A DNA stretch of 64,000 bases from Mobula hypostoma (taxonomy: Eukaryota): NCBI RefSeq assembly GCF_963921235.1, contig NC_086097.1, forward strand, positions 90,088,001 to 90,152,000. The letters run 5' to 3'. The notes below the pieces were generated by a model, which saw nothing but the letters and a program-made list of their open reading frames with translations, ran no database searches and was not told the origin of the DNA. Below, one piece after another: positions 24,549 through 37,489 of this stretch (its first letter is position 1; every line of letters starts with the position of its first letter). A program made the position numbers and the translations under genes.

Positions 24549-24799
24549 TATGGTTTATTAACACCTAATGAAGATACCTGAAGTCAACTTACTGACTTAA
24601 TGTAAGGTTGCCATCCTTAGCTCAGCTTCTAGTATCTTTGAGCAGCAACATATTTTAATTTGTGAAGGGAGTTGAAAAATGATTGGTAAGTCACATCCTG
24701 TTTCTGCCTGTAGTCACATACATATCATGATAATAGCATATCTATTGAGTGCGATTAATCTAAAAATGCTTACAAAATGTCAAGACAAAATTGGCACCA

Positions 24800-25420
24800 A
24801 GCTTGCTGGTTGAGTGGTGGTGTAACAACAACTTGCAGTTGACATCAGCAAGACCGAAGAACTGATTATGGACCCTATGAAGGGGAAGTAAGAGGAATAT
24901 GCACGTCATTGAGGGGTTTGTGGTGAAAGTGAGCAGTTTCACATTGCTGGGTATCAAGATCTCAGAGAAACCGCCTTGGGCCCAGCACTTTGACTCAACC
25001 ACGACAAAAGGTGCACCAACTTATCAACTTCCTTACAAGTTTAAGGAGATTTAGCATGTCATTGAAGACTCTGACAAAGCTCTACAGATATAGAGTGGCA
25101 TGGATACTCCAATACACAGGAAGAAGGAGGCTACGGAGAGCGATGAACTCAGCCAGGTCCATCCTGGATACAGGCCTCCCCACCCTCAAGAACATCTGCG
25201 AGAGGTGATGTCCCAGGAAGGCAGCGTCCATCATCAGCACCCTCACCATCTGAGCCTTGCCCTCTCCTCAGTGATGCCAGTAGTCAAGGAGGGTACAGGA
25301 GCGCCAAGACCCATACCTCAAAGTTCATTACTTCTTTGCCACTATCATCAGGTTTTTGAACTGACCTGAAAAACTTTAATACTCCTTCAGTCTATAGTTT
25401 TTTCTCTCTCTCAATCTTGC
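24800..25420 (+). mobile_element. Old Rex1-like LINE fragment
   Basis: WWCNNNLQLTSARPK / KTEELIMD and FLTSLRRFSMSLKTLTKLYRY remnants. Confidence 0.75.
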
Positions 25421-26314
25421 ATTAGTGCTGGGATACCCAACCTTTTTAATGCCAAGGACTGACTGAAAAATCCACTATAAAGGGTCTGCTGATGAGATAT
25501 CCTTGTGAATATATTTAAGACTTACTGTAACCTGCCTTGAAAACTCAAGGTAGAGCTATTTTGATATTTGTTGAAAGAATCTCCAGCTGTAGATTGCTGT
25601 AAATTCCTAGAACAATAAAACTGCAGAAAAGTTGGACCAAAATATTAGCGGTGGTGCTGAATGTACGCACGACCTTTGGTGAGGAGATAATTTTTATGTG
25701 TTGGATAGGTACTGTTAGTGGCTGATTGATGATATTGTGTGGAGGCCTGAGGTGATCTAACCCCTGTTTACCAGGACTCCAAAATAAAATTTAGCACTCA
25801 TATTCAGGAGTTCTAAAACCAATTTCATTGTAAAGGACTTGTTCGCATTGTGAGATGTCACCATGAAACAAAAAAAAGAGAGAGTAGATTGAGCCTGCTG
25901 CCCTGGCTATTCTATTCTGTGATCATAAAGTAACATTTTACTCCATTCATTTAAAAGCAGATGAAGGAAAGAGACCTGAGTGTGCCCAAAACTCTGAGCC
26001 ACAGGTGAGAGTGGACTAGCAAGAGGGAAGCCATCTGTAGACATGGCATGGAAACAGTTAGGAAGGTTGATGGCAAAACAAGCATTCTAGCAGATGAGAA
26101 ACCGAGGCAAGGGACTTAGGAGTGAGAAAATGCAGGTGTAGCAATTCTTCCTGGATGGGAACTTTGGGGGCGGGGGGGGGAGTTATATATGCCTCATGAT
26201 CCAACTGTTTTTGTTTTATCTATGCCCTCAGAGAAAGAGCGTATCATACAATCATATAGCACAGAAACAGGCCCTTTGGCCCAACATGTCCATGCTAACC
26301 ATCAGGTACGCATC

Positions 26315-26445
26315 TACAAACAGGAGAAAATCTGCAGATGCTGTAAATCCAAGCAACACACAGAAAATGCTGGAGGAACTCAGCAGGCCAGGCTTCATCT
26401 ACGGAAAACAGTGGATGTTTTGAGACCCTTCAGCAGGACTGGAAA
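26315..26445 (-). mobile_element. Short PLE end, hammerhead partly deleted
   Basis: AAATCTGCAGATGCTG..AATGCTGGAGGAACTCAGCAGGCCAGG..GAGACCCTTCAGCAGGACTG. Confidence 0.75.
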
Positions 26446-27603
26446 AAAAGATCTGTACTCATCTATACTAATTCCATTTATCAGTATTTAGTCTGAGTGC
26501 TTAGCAGTCAAAACCACAAAGCAAGTCCCAAGTTCATAGACTACTGGGCTACAATGATGGCTTACCTTTGTTAATTTCAGAGACCTGGACCACATCCAGC
26601 AAGCACCAAGGCATTGGAGAGGTACCACCAATATTGTCTCCACAAAATCCTCCAGATCTGCTGGCAGGTTAAACAAAGTAATGTTAGAATGTTGATGTTT
26701 TGGAAAGAGTGCAGAAGAGGTTTACCAGGACGCTGCCTGCTTTAGAGGGCATGTGCTATCACGAGAGGCTGGATAGACTTGTGTTTTCTTTGAAGTGGTG
26801 AAGGCTGAGAGGAGAGCTGATGGAGGTTAATGGCATTATGACAGAGAGATTTCAGTAAGGCAAAGAATTATGTTTGAGCACTGTCTCTTTAAATAGCACA
26901 ATCTTGGAAAAAGTGGGGTTAGTAAAACCTAGTTATTGTGTAAATAATTGAGGATTATTGTTTTATTGGACCGCTGATATTGTAAATCACACTGCAGATG
27001 AATTTAATTATTGTTGACATTATTTGTGGAGATTGCTGTTGGGAAAAAAAAGCGCATGCACAAACTCTGTTGAAGAGGCAGGTAATATATTTCCTGGAAG
27101 GCAACAAAACACCCAGAAACGGGCACAATCTTTCTCTGCTCTTAGCATGTCAATGGTCCCTCCCATCTGTTCAACAATCTCTTTGACCCCCTACCATCAG
27201 GCAAGAGGTACCATGGCATTAGGACAAGAATTATTAGGATGAGAAACAGCTTCTTCCACTGGGCCGGGAGACCACTGAACTCCCTATCACCACCCAGGTC
27301 TCATCACACATGAAGCACCGGTAGCTCTGTAGTTTATTTTTTAACTTGTGTCATAAATGCACCTTATTAATTTACTAGTGCTAATATTACTCTTTGGGTT
27401 ATGTGTGTGTGACCAGAGGCATATCTAAGGTATGGCAGGTATGGCACCTGCCCTGGGCGCCACTGAGCAGTTTCTATTAATGTCAGACAAGCCATCCTCA
27501 GATAATGAAAAAAGAATTTTCTTCAGATGTATGATCCGTCTTTGATTATCATGGGTAAGAAGCACTAGGATGGACTTATTTCAGAGCATTGTGTATGAAG
27601 ACC

Positions 27604-30600
27604 ATGAAATGTTTCTTCACGAAGAAGGAAAGTGGAGCTGAAAGATGGAAGAAATGAAAGTTGGAGGCAGAGGAAGCCAAGAAGTCGAGCAAGTTCTGCA
27701 TACCCTTCTTTGAAAAGCCCGGAACAAGTAGTTCGACACATTCCATGGAGTTGCCTGCAGCTGCTGCAAGTTTGTTAGAATCCAAAGGTGGATCAAGTAC
27801 AAATGCGTCACAAGCCGAGGAGGAAGTCAAGTCAGATAAATCCGAGTATGACAAGATTAAGAGTGAGGCTGCCACAGAGAACGTGGACATGACAGAAGGG
27901 GAAGACAATGGTGGTGGTGGTGATGTTGAGTTTATTGACAAGATTTTACCTGATGACACTGAACCTAGTGAACTGGATGGTGTCAAAGAGCCTCGAACTG
28001 TCATTCCACAAGTGATTGAACAGCATGACACTGGACTTCTGAAGTCCGACAAGGATACTGGAAAAGCAATTCTGCCTGACACGTTGAGAACAGAAATAAT
28101 AAAGCCGGGTTCGAAGTATTTCCAGAACAGTGAGGGGCCTTTCCTACCAACAAATAATTGCTCAATGAACCAAGCTTGGTTCAAGAGGAAATTGGGAAAT
28201 GGTCGTGGTGAAGAAGTGACTCGCTCATGGCTGGTCTATTCCCCTTCTAAAAAGTCTGCATTTTGAATCTGTTATCTTCTCTATTCCCGGTCAGACCATC
28301 AATTCCAATTGGAGCAGGAAAGTGGATTCAACCAGTGGAAAGCACCTGAAAAGATTAGTGTTCATGAAAATGCCAAGAATCATCAGGAATGCTTCACACA
28401 GTGGAAAGAAATGGAAAGAAATTTAGCTGGAAACACAGGAGTTATTGACGCGATATTTCAGTCACAGATTGAGAAGGAAAAGCAGAAGTGGTGTGATATC
28501 TTGACGAGAATCCTTCACTCCATAAAATTCCTTGTGACTCAGAACCTTGTTTTGCAAGGACACAGGGAGTCACCTCAGCTAGACGATGACTCCAATGTAG
28601 GAAAATTCCTTGGCTTACTGAAACTACTGGCCATCTTTGACCCTGTCATAAAAGAACACCTCACTTATTTGAAGTCATCCTGGATCCACGTCCTATCTTC
28701 CACCGGGTGTCCAGAACGAATTCATTCACATGATGGCATCCACTGTTCACCAGAGTTTACTGAGAAGCATTCGTAAAGCTAAGTACTATGGTCTAATGTT
28801 CAACTTGACTCCTGATCAGGCACACTGTGAGCAGATGTCAGAATCAGCGAGGTATGTGGAAGTTGATTTTGAGAGGAAAACAGTCCGTGTTAGAGAGTCC
28901 TTCGCTGGTTTTATCCAGATAAGCCAGAAGGATGCTGACAGCTTGGTTGAAGACATCTTGAAACAGCTAGAGAAGGACGAAATGGAGCTACAAGATTGTT
29001 GGTCACAGTGCTATGACAACGCTGCTGTGATGGCTGGACACAGAAATGGTGTTCATCAAAGAATGCGAGAAAAACAAACTGGTGGTGTTTGTGAATCGCG
29101 ATAATCACTCACTCAACGTGATGGGTGTACATGCAGCCAAGTCAGGTCAAGTCACTTTTTATTGTCATTTCGACCATAACTGCTGGTACAGTACACAGTA
29201 AAAACGAGACAACGTTTTTCAGGACCATGGTGCTACATGAAACAATACAAAAACTACACTGAACTACGTAAAACAATACAAAAACTACACTAGACTACAG
29301 ACCTACCCAGGACTGCATAAAGTGCACAGAACAATGCAGGCATTACAGTAAATAATAAACAAGACAATATGCACAGTAGAGGGCAGTAGGTTGCTGTCAG
29401 TCCTGGCTCTGGGTATTGAGGAGTCTGATGGCTTGGGGGAAGAAACTGTTACATAGTCTGGTCGTTAGAGCCCGAATGCTTCAGTGCCTTTTGCCAAATG
29501 GCAGGAGGGAAAAGAGTTTGTGTGAGGGGTGTGTGGGGTCCTTCACAATGCTGTTTGCTTTACGGATGCAGCGTGTGGTGTAAATGTCTGTAATAGCGGG
29601 AAGAGAGACCCCAATGATCTTCTCAGCTGACCTCACTATCCACTGCAGGGTCTTGCGATCCGAGATGGTGCAATTTCCGAACCAGTCAGTGATGCAGCTG
29701 CTCAGGATGCTCTCAATACAACCTCTGTAGAATGTGGTGAGGATGGGGGGGAGATGGACTTTTCTCAGCCTTCGCAGAAAGTGGAGACGCTGCTGGGCTT
29801 TCTTTGCTATGGAGCTGGTGTTGAGGGACCAGGTGAGATTCTCCGCCAGGTGAACACCAAGAAATTTGGTGCTCTTAACGATCTCTACGGAGGAGTCATC
29901 AAATTTCAGCGGAGAGTGGTCGCTTTGTGTCTTCCTGAAGTCAACAACCATCTCTTTTGTTTTGTTCACATTCAGAGACAGGTTGTTGGCTCTGCACCAG
30001 TCCGTTAGCTGCTGCACCTCCTCTCTGTATGCTGACTCATCGTTCTTGCTGATGAGACCCACCACGGTCGTGTCATCGGTGAACTTGATGATGTGGTTCG
30101 AGCTGTGTGTTGCAGCACAGTCGTGGGTCAGCAGAGTGAACAGCAGTGGACTGAGCACACAGCCCTGGGAGGCCCCCGTGCTCAGTGTGATGGTGTTGGA
30201 GATGCTGCTTCCAATCCGGACTGACTGAGATCTCCCAGTCAGGAAGTCTAGGATCCAGTTGCAGAGGGAGGTGTTCAGGCCCAGTAGGCTCGGCTTTCCA
30301 ATCAGTTTCTGAGGAACGATTGTGTTGAATGCTGAACTGAAGTCTATGAACAGCATTCGAACGGATGTGTCTTTTTTGTCCAGGTGGGTTAGGGCCAGGT
30401 GGAGGGTGATGGCAATGGCGTCGTCTGTTGAATGGTTGGGACGGTACGCGAACTGCAGGGGGTCCAGTGAAGGACCAAGCGGGATACAATGATGGTCACG
30501 TTTTTTAGAACCATCAAAGCTCTCTACGTGTTTCTCTCTCGTTCAACACAGCACTGGGAAAAACTTAAAAACGCCGTGCCTGTGTTTGTTAAGTCAGAGT

Positions 30601-31558
30601 CCGAAACCAAGTGGAGTGCAAGGACAGATACAGTGAAGCCCATCAACAAGTACCTTGAGGAGATACTTCAAGTTCTCCAGGAGAACAAGAAGTGATGCAA
30701 GGCAGCTGTACAACCACATGTTGAGTTACGATTTTCTGATTTTGCTAGGATTTTGGAACAAAGTACTCATTTGCATTGATCGTATTCAAAAGAGGCTGCA
30801 GGACCCTAGCATGAACTTCCGCGATGCTTCCCTGGATTTGAAAGCCCTCCGAGATCATTTTTATGATGAAAAAGAAGTGTTGGTCAGTGAGTCACTCGAA
30901 GAAGGAGTCGGTCTCTGTCAAGAATGGAATATTGAAGTTGAAAGATGTCAGAGGCGAAAGAAATGAATGGCTGATGAGAACTCGAGAGACGCTGGGTTAA
31001 CAGCTAAGGAGGAAATGGAAGAAGTCATGAAGGGAACACTGCCATCTTCACAGAGAAATGGACGAAAGGTTTGCTCGTTTGCATGACACTGACGCCAAGT
31101 TTGGGTTGCTTCTCGATGTCGAGGGACTGTGTTATGGCACCAACAGTAACGACCTAAAGAAGAAGTGCAAAAATTTGGGTAAATTGTACAGCTCTCATGT
31201 TGATGGATAGCAGCCATATGAAGAAATTTTGGATTGCAGAATGTTGCTATCAAGGCGGGTCAACATGAAAATATCAAGACCTGAAGAGCTTCTTGGATTT
31301 ATTGGAGATGAGAGCGTCTACCCCAATCTTCACATTGCTATTCAGATAATGCTAACCATCGCAGTTTCCATCGCCAGCTATGAAAGATCATTCAGCAAGT
31401 TACAACTAACACTTTCGTATTTGAGAGCCTCCATGGGTCAAGGCAGACTCTGTGATCTTGCTCTGCTGAGTGTAGAAATAGAAGAAACAGAAAAAACTGA
31501 CTTTGATCACATCATAGACCAATTTGCATCAGTGAAAGCAAGGAAAGTGCAGTTATAA
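27604..31558 (+). pseudogene. hAT transposase, disrupted by stops, frameshifts and Rex1 insert
   Basis: RSWLVYSPSKKSAF, QNLVLQGHRE, QCYDNAAVMAG, SETKWSAR, TIAVSIASYERSFSKL (dimerisation domain). Confidence 0.92.
29142..30474 (-). mobile_element. Rex1/Babar-like LINE, 5'-truncated, inside hAT transposase
   Basis: ORF 29481..30356 [33 protein letters not shown] 29137-29141 / 30475-30479. Confidence 0.95.
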
Positions 31559-33558
31559 TTTTCATGTAGTGCCATAATTTGTTAATTAAAAGATTAACGA
31601 GCTTGACTTGCATTTTTGAGCTGATATTATGGTAAAGTTATCTAAAAGATGGGTGTCAGATGTTTGGACAGGGGCACAATTTCAGTGCTTGCCATAGGCG
31701 CTATTTTCGGTAGATACGCCCCTGTGTGTGACTTATATGTACAGCTTGCTCCAGAGGAACTTTGTTTCATCTGGTGGTATACACGTGTGCAGTTAAATTT
31801 GAGGTTCGAGTTTAATTGTCATTGAACCACACTCATGAATGCAGCCAAATGAAACAGTGTTGTGACAAAAACATCTGTGCGAAAAGAAGGCTTCCCAGTT
31901 CTGACAAAAGGACTTTGACCTGATATGTTAGAGCTGTGTTTCCCTTCACACAGATATGGCCTGACCTGCTGAGTATTCGTGCCATTAACTTCAGTATCAC
32001 GCATAGGAATTTATAGGACCATAATTTTGATAAAACTGCAAATTAACAAACAGAAACTTGGAAAAGACTCAATGATCAATATGTCCAACCAATACAAACA
32101 ACTATCAACAAAACCATTAGAAATTAATTTATGTAGTTCAATTGGATCAAAATCAAATTCTGTAAGGCTCTGGTCAGATTGTACTGTAATAATTGTATCT
32201 AGCTCTGGTCACCAAAACTCAAAATGCAAAACATACTTGAGCAAGCTCAGACACTCTCAGCTTCCCAGTCTAAGGATCATTCCCGGCTTCTTTTCCTGAT
32301 TCTTGCCACATCTGACTGTATGCTTTAGAGCAGTTGTTCTCAATGTGGGCCATATTGTCCCTTAGGATGCCATGCCAGATTTTGTAGGGGCCACGAGTAA
32401 GAAACAAGAAAATGGGGGAAACCAGTTTCTGAATGGGTGTTTGCTGTTATAATGAAATATTACTAAAATAAATAAATAATTTAGTTGGATCCCTGAATGA
32501 AATGAATGGGAACATATGCCAGATGATGCAAACAAGGCAGCAGAACCATTTAGCCTTTGTGTGCTGGGGAGGGAGGTGATGTGGCACATCAATTATTATC
32601 TCCGCTCCTGCTTATCACCATTCACACCCTGCAGGGCGGCCCACTGAGCCTCGCTCCACATCCATCCCCCAAATCACAAACTGTGGATAGAGCGAGGCTG
32701 TCAGCAGGCCTGCAGCAGGAGGCTGGCTCTCTTTGCCTTCCACTGACCTGTGCAGGTTATAATACTTACAAAACATGACATGAAGGCTGCAGTCACCACA
32801 GCGGGGGCAACTGCCAGAAACAGTTAAACTGCGGAGAAACAAGATCACGTGGTTTACCATTGCCATCGCAATCTACCACCACAACTTCCATTAAATTCCC
32901 GATATTTATCATCTTTTGAAAGGAAGTCCAATTTGCTTTTCTTGGCGAATACATTTCTCTTTATTGCCTCATAGAATTTGCATACAGGTGTCCTCCACTT
33001 TTCGAATGTTCGCTTTATGAAACCTCACTGTTACGAAAGACCTACACTAGTTACCTGTTTTCGCTAACAGAAAGTGTTTTCACTGTTACGAAAAAAGGCA
33101 GCGCGCGCCCCGAGCAGCCACTGCTTCCCCAGAACGGCATTCTCGCCAGCTTTGCTTAAACACATGCCTGTGAGCATCCGTTAGCAAGATGAGTTCTAAG
33201 GTATCGGAAAAGCCTGAAAGAGCTCGTAAGGGTGTTACACTTAGTGTAAAACTAGACATAATTATGCATTTTGATCGTGGTGAACGAAGCAAGGACAAAG
33301 TGAGTTTGGTTTGTGGAAGTTAACAAAGATGATGTTGAAGAGGTTTTGGCATCCCATGACCAAGAGCTGATAGATGAAGAGCTGATGCAATTGGAAGAAG
33401 AAAGGATAACAATCGAAACCGAATGCAGTAGCAAAAGTGAAGTCGCCCAGAAACTGAACGTGAAGCAACTGCGTGAGATTTTCACTACAATCGACAACAA
33501 TGATTGCAGAGAAATACGACTTTAATTTTGAAAGGGTATGTCGTCTTAGGGCATATTT

Positions 33559-34182
33559 AGATTAGATTAGATTAGATTAGATTAGCTTATGAAGACACAC
33601 AGTCCTCTTTTATTGTCATTTAGTAATGCATGCATTAAGAAATGATATAATATTTCCTCCGGTGTGATATCACAAAACACAGGACAGACCAAGACTGAAA
33701 AAACTGACAAAACAACATCATTATAACATATAGTTACAACAGTGCAACAATACCATAACTTGATGAAGAAGTCCACGAGCACGGTAAAAGTTCAAAGTCT
33801 CTCAAATGTCCCACATCTCATGCAGACAGGGAAAGGAAGAACTCTCCCTGCCATGCCGACCACAGTCTGACTCTGAGTCATCCGAAAACTTCGAGCTCTG
33901 ATCAGCTCTCCTACACCGAGTACTGAGCGCCATCTCTGTCCAAACAATTCGACCTCAATCTCGGTCGTCAACAGCAGACAAAGCCAGGGATTTTGAGGCC
34001 TACCCTCCAAAAGATTCCTGACTGTGCAGTAACGACAGCAGCGAACGAGCTTTTCAGAAATTTCTCCAGATGTTCCTCTGTACTTTCACGTCCCTCTCCA
34101 TCAAATCAGAATTGTCCACGGCCCCTATTTAACTGATACGATATCATTTTTCACCGGAGGGCTGCGCTCTCTCTCCTCCCGC
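33559..34182 (-). mobile_element. Non-coding LINE-derived element with (TCTAA)n tail
   Basis: TSD TATTT 33554-33558 / 34183-34187; Tigger coding rejoins across it; paralog of 11437-12082. Confidence 0.85.
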
Positions 34183-34851
34183 TATTTGCAGGATGGTTTG
34201 AGTGCTTACAAAGAACTGTATGATAGAAAAATGCGCGACTGTCATTTTTCAAGCCTTCCACATCAGCCACAGCAGACGACAAACCTCGACCTTCGACATC
34301 GAGGCAAGCAGACATAGAAGAAGATGACCTGCCTCCCTGGTGGAAACAGACGAAGATGAGATGACACTCCCATGTCCCACCACCCCAAGCCCCGGACTGC
34401 GGACCGATACATTGCTGCGGAGAATGCAGCGGTAGCCAGGACGCACCCAGCACATCTTTAAGAAAAAAGCCGAAATAAACAAGCTAGTTAATTAGGTGCC
34501 ACCCGGCACGTAAATGTTGTGCCATACCACACTGAGATGCAGTTGGTGAGTATACTCTCAATGGTACAGCGGTAAAAGTCCGTCAATATCCTGGGACGGG
34601 GTGAGCTTTTGCGCCTTTTTGATCAGGATGGAGGAGTTCAGGGACCAGGTGAGATTCTCGGAAATGTGGACACCAAGGAATTTGAAGCTTGATACCCGCT
34701 CCACTACAGTTCTGTTGATGTAGATGGGGACATGAGTGTGACTCCTGGCATGCCTGAAGTCCACAATGATCTCTTTGGTCTTCTGGGTGTTAAGGGCCAG
34801 GTTGTTGTCGGCACACCACATGGCCAGGTACTGGACCTCGTCCCTGTAGGC

Positions 34852-36037
34852 CAGGGGTCCCCAACCTTTTTTGCACTGCGGACCGGCTTAATATTGACAA
34901 TATTTTTGCGGACCGGCCGACCCTGGGGGGTGGAGCGGGTAGGGTTGCCAGCGGACAAGAGTAGCAGTCAAATATGTTGTTTACCCTGAGAAAGACTACA
35001 ATGACCATGAAGCCTTGCGCGGGCACCAGTGCACATGCGTGAACGTGCCGATTTTTCCCACAAATCATTTTTGGCGATTCTGTTCGGGGGTTTGGGGACA
35101 CAGTGTTAATCACGACCGGAATGTAGGTGATAAGTGACTAATACACTCAATTTCGTTTCTAAAAGGGTTTATCTAACGAATTTAATATTAAACATACAGC
35201 GCATATTTTCCTCGCATGAATATAGTGATAAGTCAATTATTAGGGGAGGACAGGGGAGCTTGAAGTAAGTGTTGAATGAACTTCCAGTAGAAGTAGTAGA
35301 GGCAGGTTCGATATTATCATTTAATGAATAATTGGATAGGTATATGGACAGGAAAGGAATGGAAGGTTATGGGCTGAGTGCAGTTCGGTGGGGCTAGGTG
35401 AGAGTAAGCATTCGGCACGGACTAAAAGGGCCGAGATGGCCTGTTTCCGTGCTGTAATTGTTATATGGTTATATAAGTCACTTATAAGTCAATAGCATCA
35501 TAACATTTTAAGTAACGTTTGGATATTAAACACACATCACATATTTTTCCCGTACGAACATATAAAATTATTGCAACACACCAATATCGCTGAATCAGTG
35601 GGAGCCCTGGGTTTGTTTTCCTGCAACAACACAGTCCTATAGAGGAGTGATGGGAGACAGCGATACTCGAAGGAAGTTCCTTATGTCCAGTCTATTCCGC
35701 AACTTAGTTTTCGTTGCATTCATTGCAGAGATATGTTGGAAATGGAAGCAACGTTTTCGGTGCTTTCATGGCTATCTCAGAATATTTAGCCTTGACTTTG
35801 ATCCAGAATGCCGGCAGAGATGTTATGTCAAACATACTTTTCAGCCCGCCGTCATTTGCAAGCTCGAGGAGTTGATCTCCTTCCCACACTGACATGGATG
35901 ATGCACGGGTAATGACTTCGCATGCGTTCAAGCTCAACAGGGGTGTGACAGGGAATGAGGAAAGGTGCAGCTAACCCATATCATTTCTTCGTGGCCCAGT
36001 AGCACATGCTTTGCGGCCCGGGGGTTGGGGACCGCTG
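34852..36037 (-). mobile_element. Non-autonomous Charlie3/MER1-like hAT
   Basis: TIRs CAGGGGTCCCCAACC / GGTTGGGGACCGCTG; perfect TSD CTGTAGGC (34844-34851, 36038-36045); QLLELANDGGLKSMF..FWIKVKAKYSEIA..LLPFPTYLC. Confidence 0.95.
35241..35472 (+). mobile_element. CR1 3' end inside the Charlie element
   Basis: TTGGATAGGTATATGG..GGCCTGTTTCCGTGCTGTA; flanks ATAAGTCAATTAT / ATAAGTCACTTAT. Confidence 0.8.
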
Positions 36038-37026
36038 CTGTAGGCCGTCTCGTCATCCCCTCTGATCAGGCCAACCACTGTGGTGTCGTCTGCGAACTTG
36101 ATTATGGAGTTAGAACCATGTACAGGAACGCAGTCATAGGTGAAAAGGGAGTACAGAAGAGGGCTCAGCACACTGCCTTGAGGCACGCCGGTGTTCAGGG
36201 TGAGAGTGGAGGAGGAGAGGTTGTCTAACTTATCTGATTGGGGTCTGTTAGTCAGGAAGTCCAAGGTCCAATTGCAGAGGGATACATTGATACCAAGCTT
36301 GCGAAGTTTGGTGATCAGTTTGGAGGGGATCACAGTATTGAATGCCAAACTAAAGTCAATGAACAGCATTCTGACATAAGAGTTGGGGCTGTCCAGGTGG
36401 GTCGGGGCAGAGTGAAGTGCCGTGGAGATGGCGTCCTCTGTTGACCTGTTGGTGCGATAGGCAAATTGATGGGGGTCCAGGGTAGTGGGCAGACAGGATT
36501 TTAGATGTGATAGAACCAGTCTCTCAAAGCATTTTGCAATGATGGGGGTGAGTGCAACTGGGCGGAAGTCATTCAGGCCGGTGGCAGTGAAATGCTTCAG
36601 CACTGGAACGATGGTGGCGATCTTGATCTATATGTTACCATTATTTTAGCTTTTATGTGTTATTTGGATTGATTTGGTAGGTTATTTTTGGGTCTGCGAA
36701 CGCTCACAAATTTTTCCCATATAAATAAATGGTAATTGCTTATTTGCTTTACGACATTCCGGCTTACGATCTGTTTCATAGGAACGCTTTACCTTCGGAT
36801 GGCGGGGGAAACCTGTATATAATAGCATTTTCTAAAAATTTAAATTATTTTTTAAAAATACTACCTAAAAAGCTAAATTTATTATTACATGTACATTTAA
36901 TACTGATACCGATACATTAGATTATACTTAGTATAATTCTTCAACAATTACTAAATTTCTATAGAGCCTACTTACACAATTGTATTGTTACTGTTTTTTA
37001 TATACACACACACACACACACACATA

Positions 37027-37400
37027 CGGGGTGATTGATAAGTTCGTGGCCTAAGGTAGAAGGAGTCAATTTTAGAAAACCTAGCACATTTATTCTTCAA
37101 CATCGTCCCCTCCTACATGTACACACTTAGTCCAGCGGTCGTGGAGCGTACGGATCCCTTCTTTGTCGAAGTAGTTTGAAGTTAATAACTCATCTCCTTC
37201 TACCTTAGGCCACGAACTTATCAATCACCCCTGCTGTGGACCACTTTCTGGAGGTCCAAGACGCCGACTTCTACAAAGAAGGGATCCGTATGCTCTACGA
37301 CCACTGAACTAAGTGTGTAAATGTAGGAAAAATAAATGTGCTAGGTTTTCTAAAATTGACTCCTTCTACCTTAGGCCACAAACTTATCAATCACCCCTCG
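37027..37400. mobile_element. Palindromic mariner-derived MITE
   Basis: TA flanks; approx. 140-bp inverted arms beginning GGGTGATTGATAAGTT; remnant DFYKEGIRMLYDH*TKCVNVG of mariner C-terminus. Confidence 0.9.
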
Positions 37401-37489
37401 TATATACATACACTGTATAAGACACACACACACACACATCTATATAAACAAAGCATAAATAAATATACAATATATATATAATTTTAAAA

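Larger units (their letters stand above)
27414..31724 (+). mobile_element. Full-length hAT transposon (Tip100/ZMYM1-like group)
   Basis: 14-bp TIRs CAGAGGCATATCTA / TAGATACGCCCCTG; perfect 8-bp TSD TGTGTGAC (27406-27413, 31725-31732); lies within a Rex1 3' UTR. Confidence 0.95.
34518..36627 (-). mobile_element. Rex1-like RT fragment split by Charlie element
   Basis: [24 protein letters not shown] (35971..36603) continues as WCADNNLALN..KTKEIIVDFR (34558..34821). Confidence 0.92.
32985..36815 (+). mobile_element. Internally deleted Tigger/pogo element with nested inserts
   Basis: TA|CAGGTGTCCTCCAC ... GGCGGGGGAAACCTG|TA; MSSKVSEKPERARKGVTLSVKLDII from 33189 joined to DDVEEVLASHDQELIDEELMQLEE. 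Confidence 0.88.

Noticed and set aside
27661..31558. Host ZMYM1-like gene
   Set aside because: Bounded by TIRs and TSD, intronless, many stops: a transposon fossil
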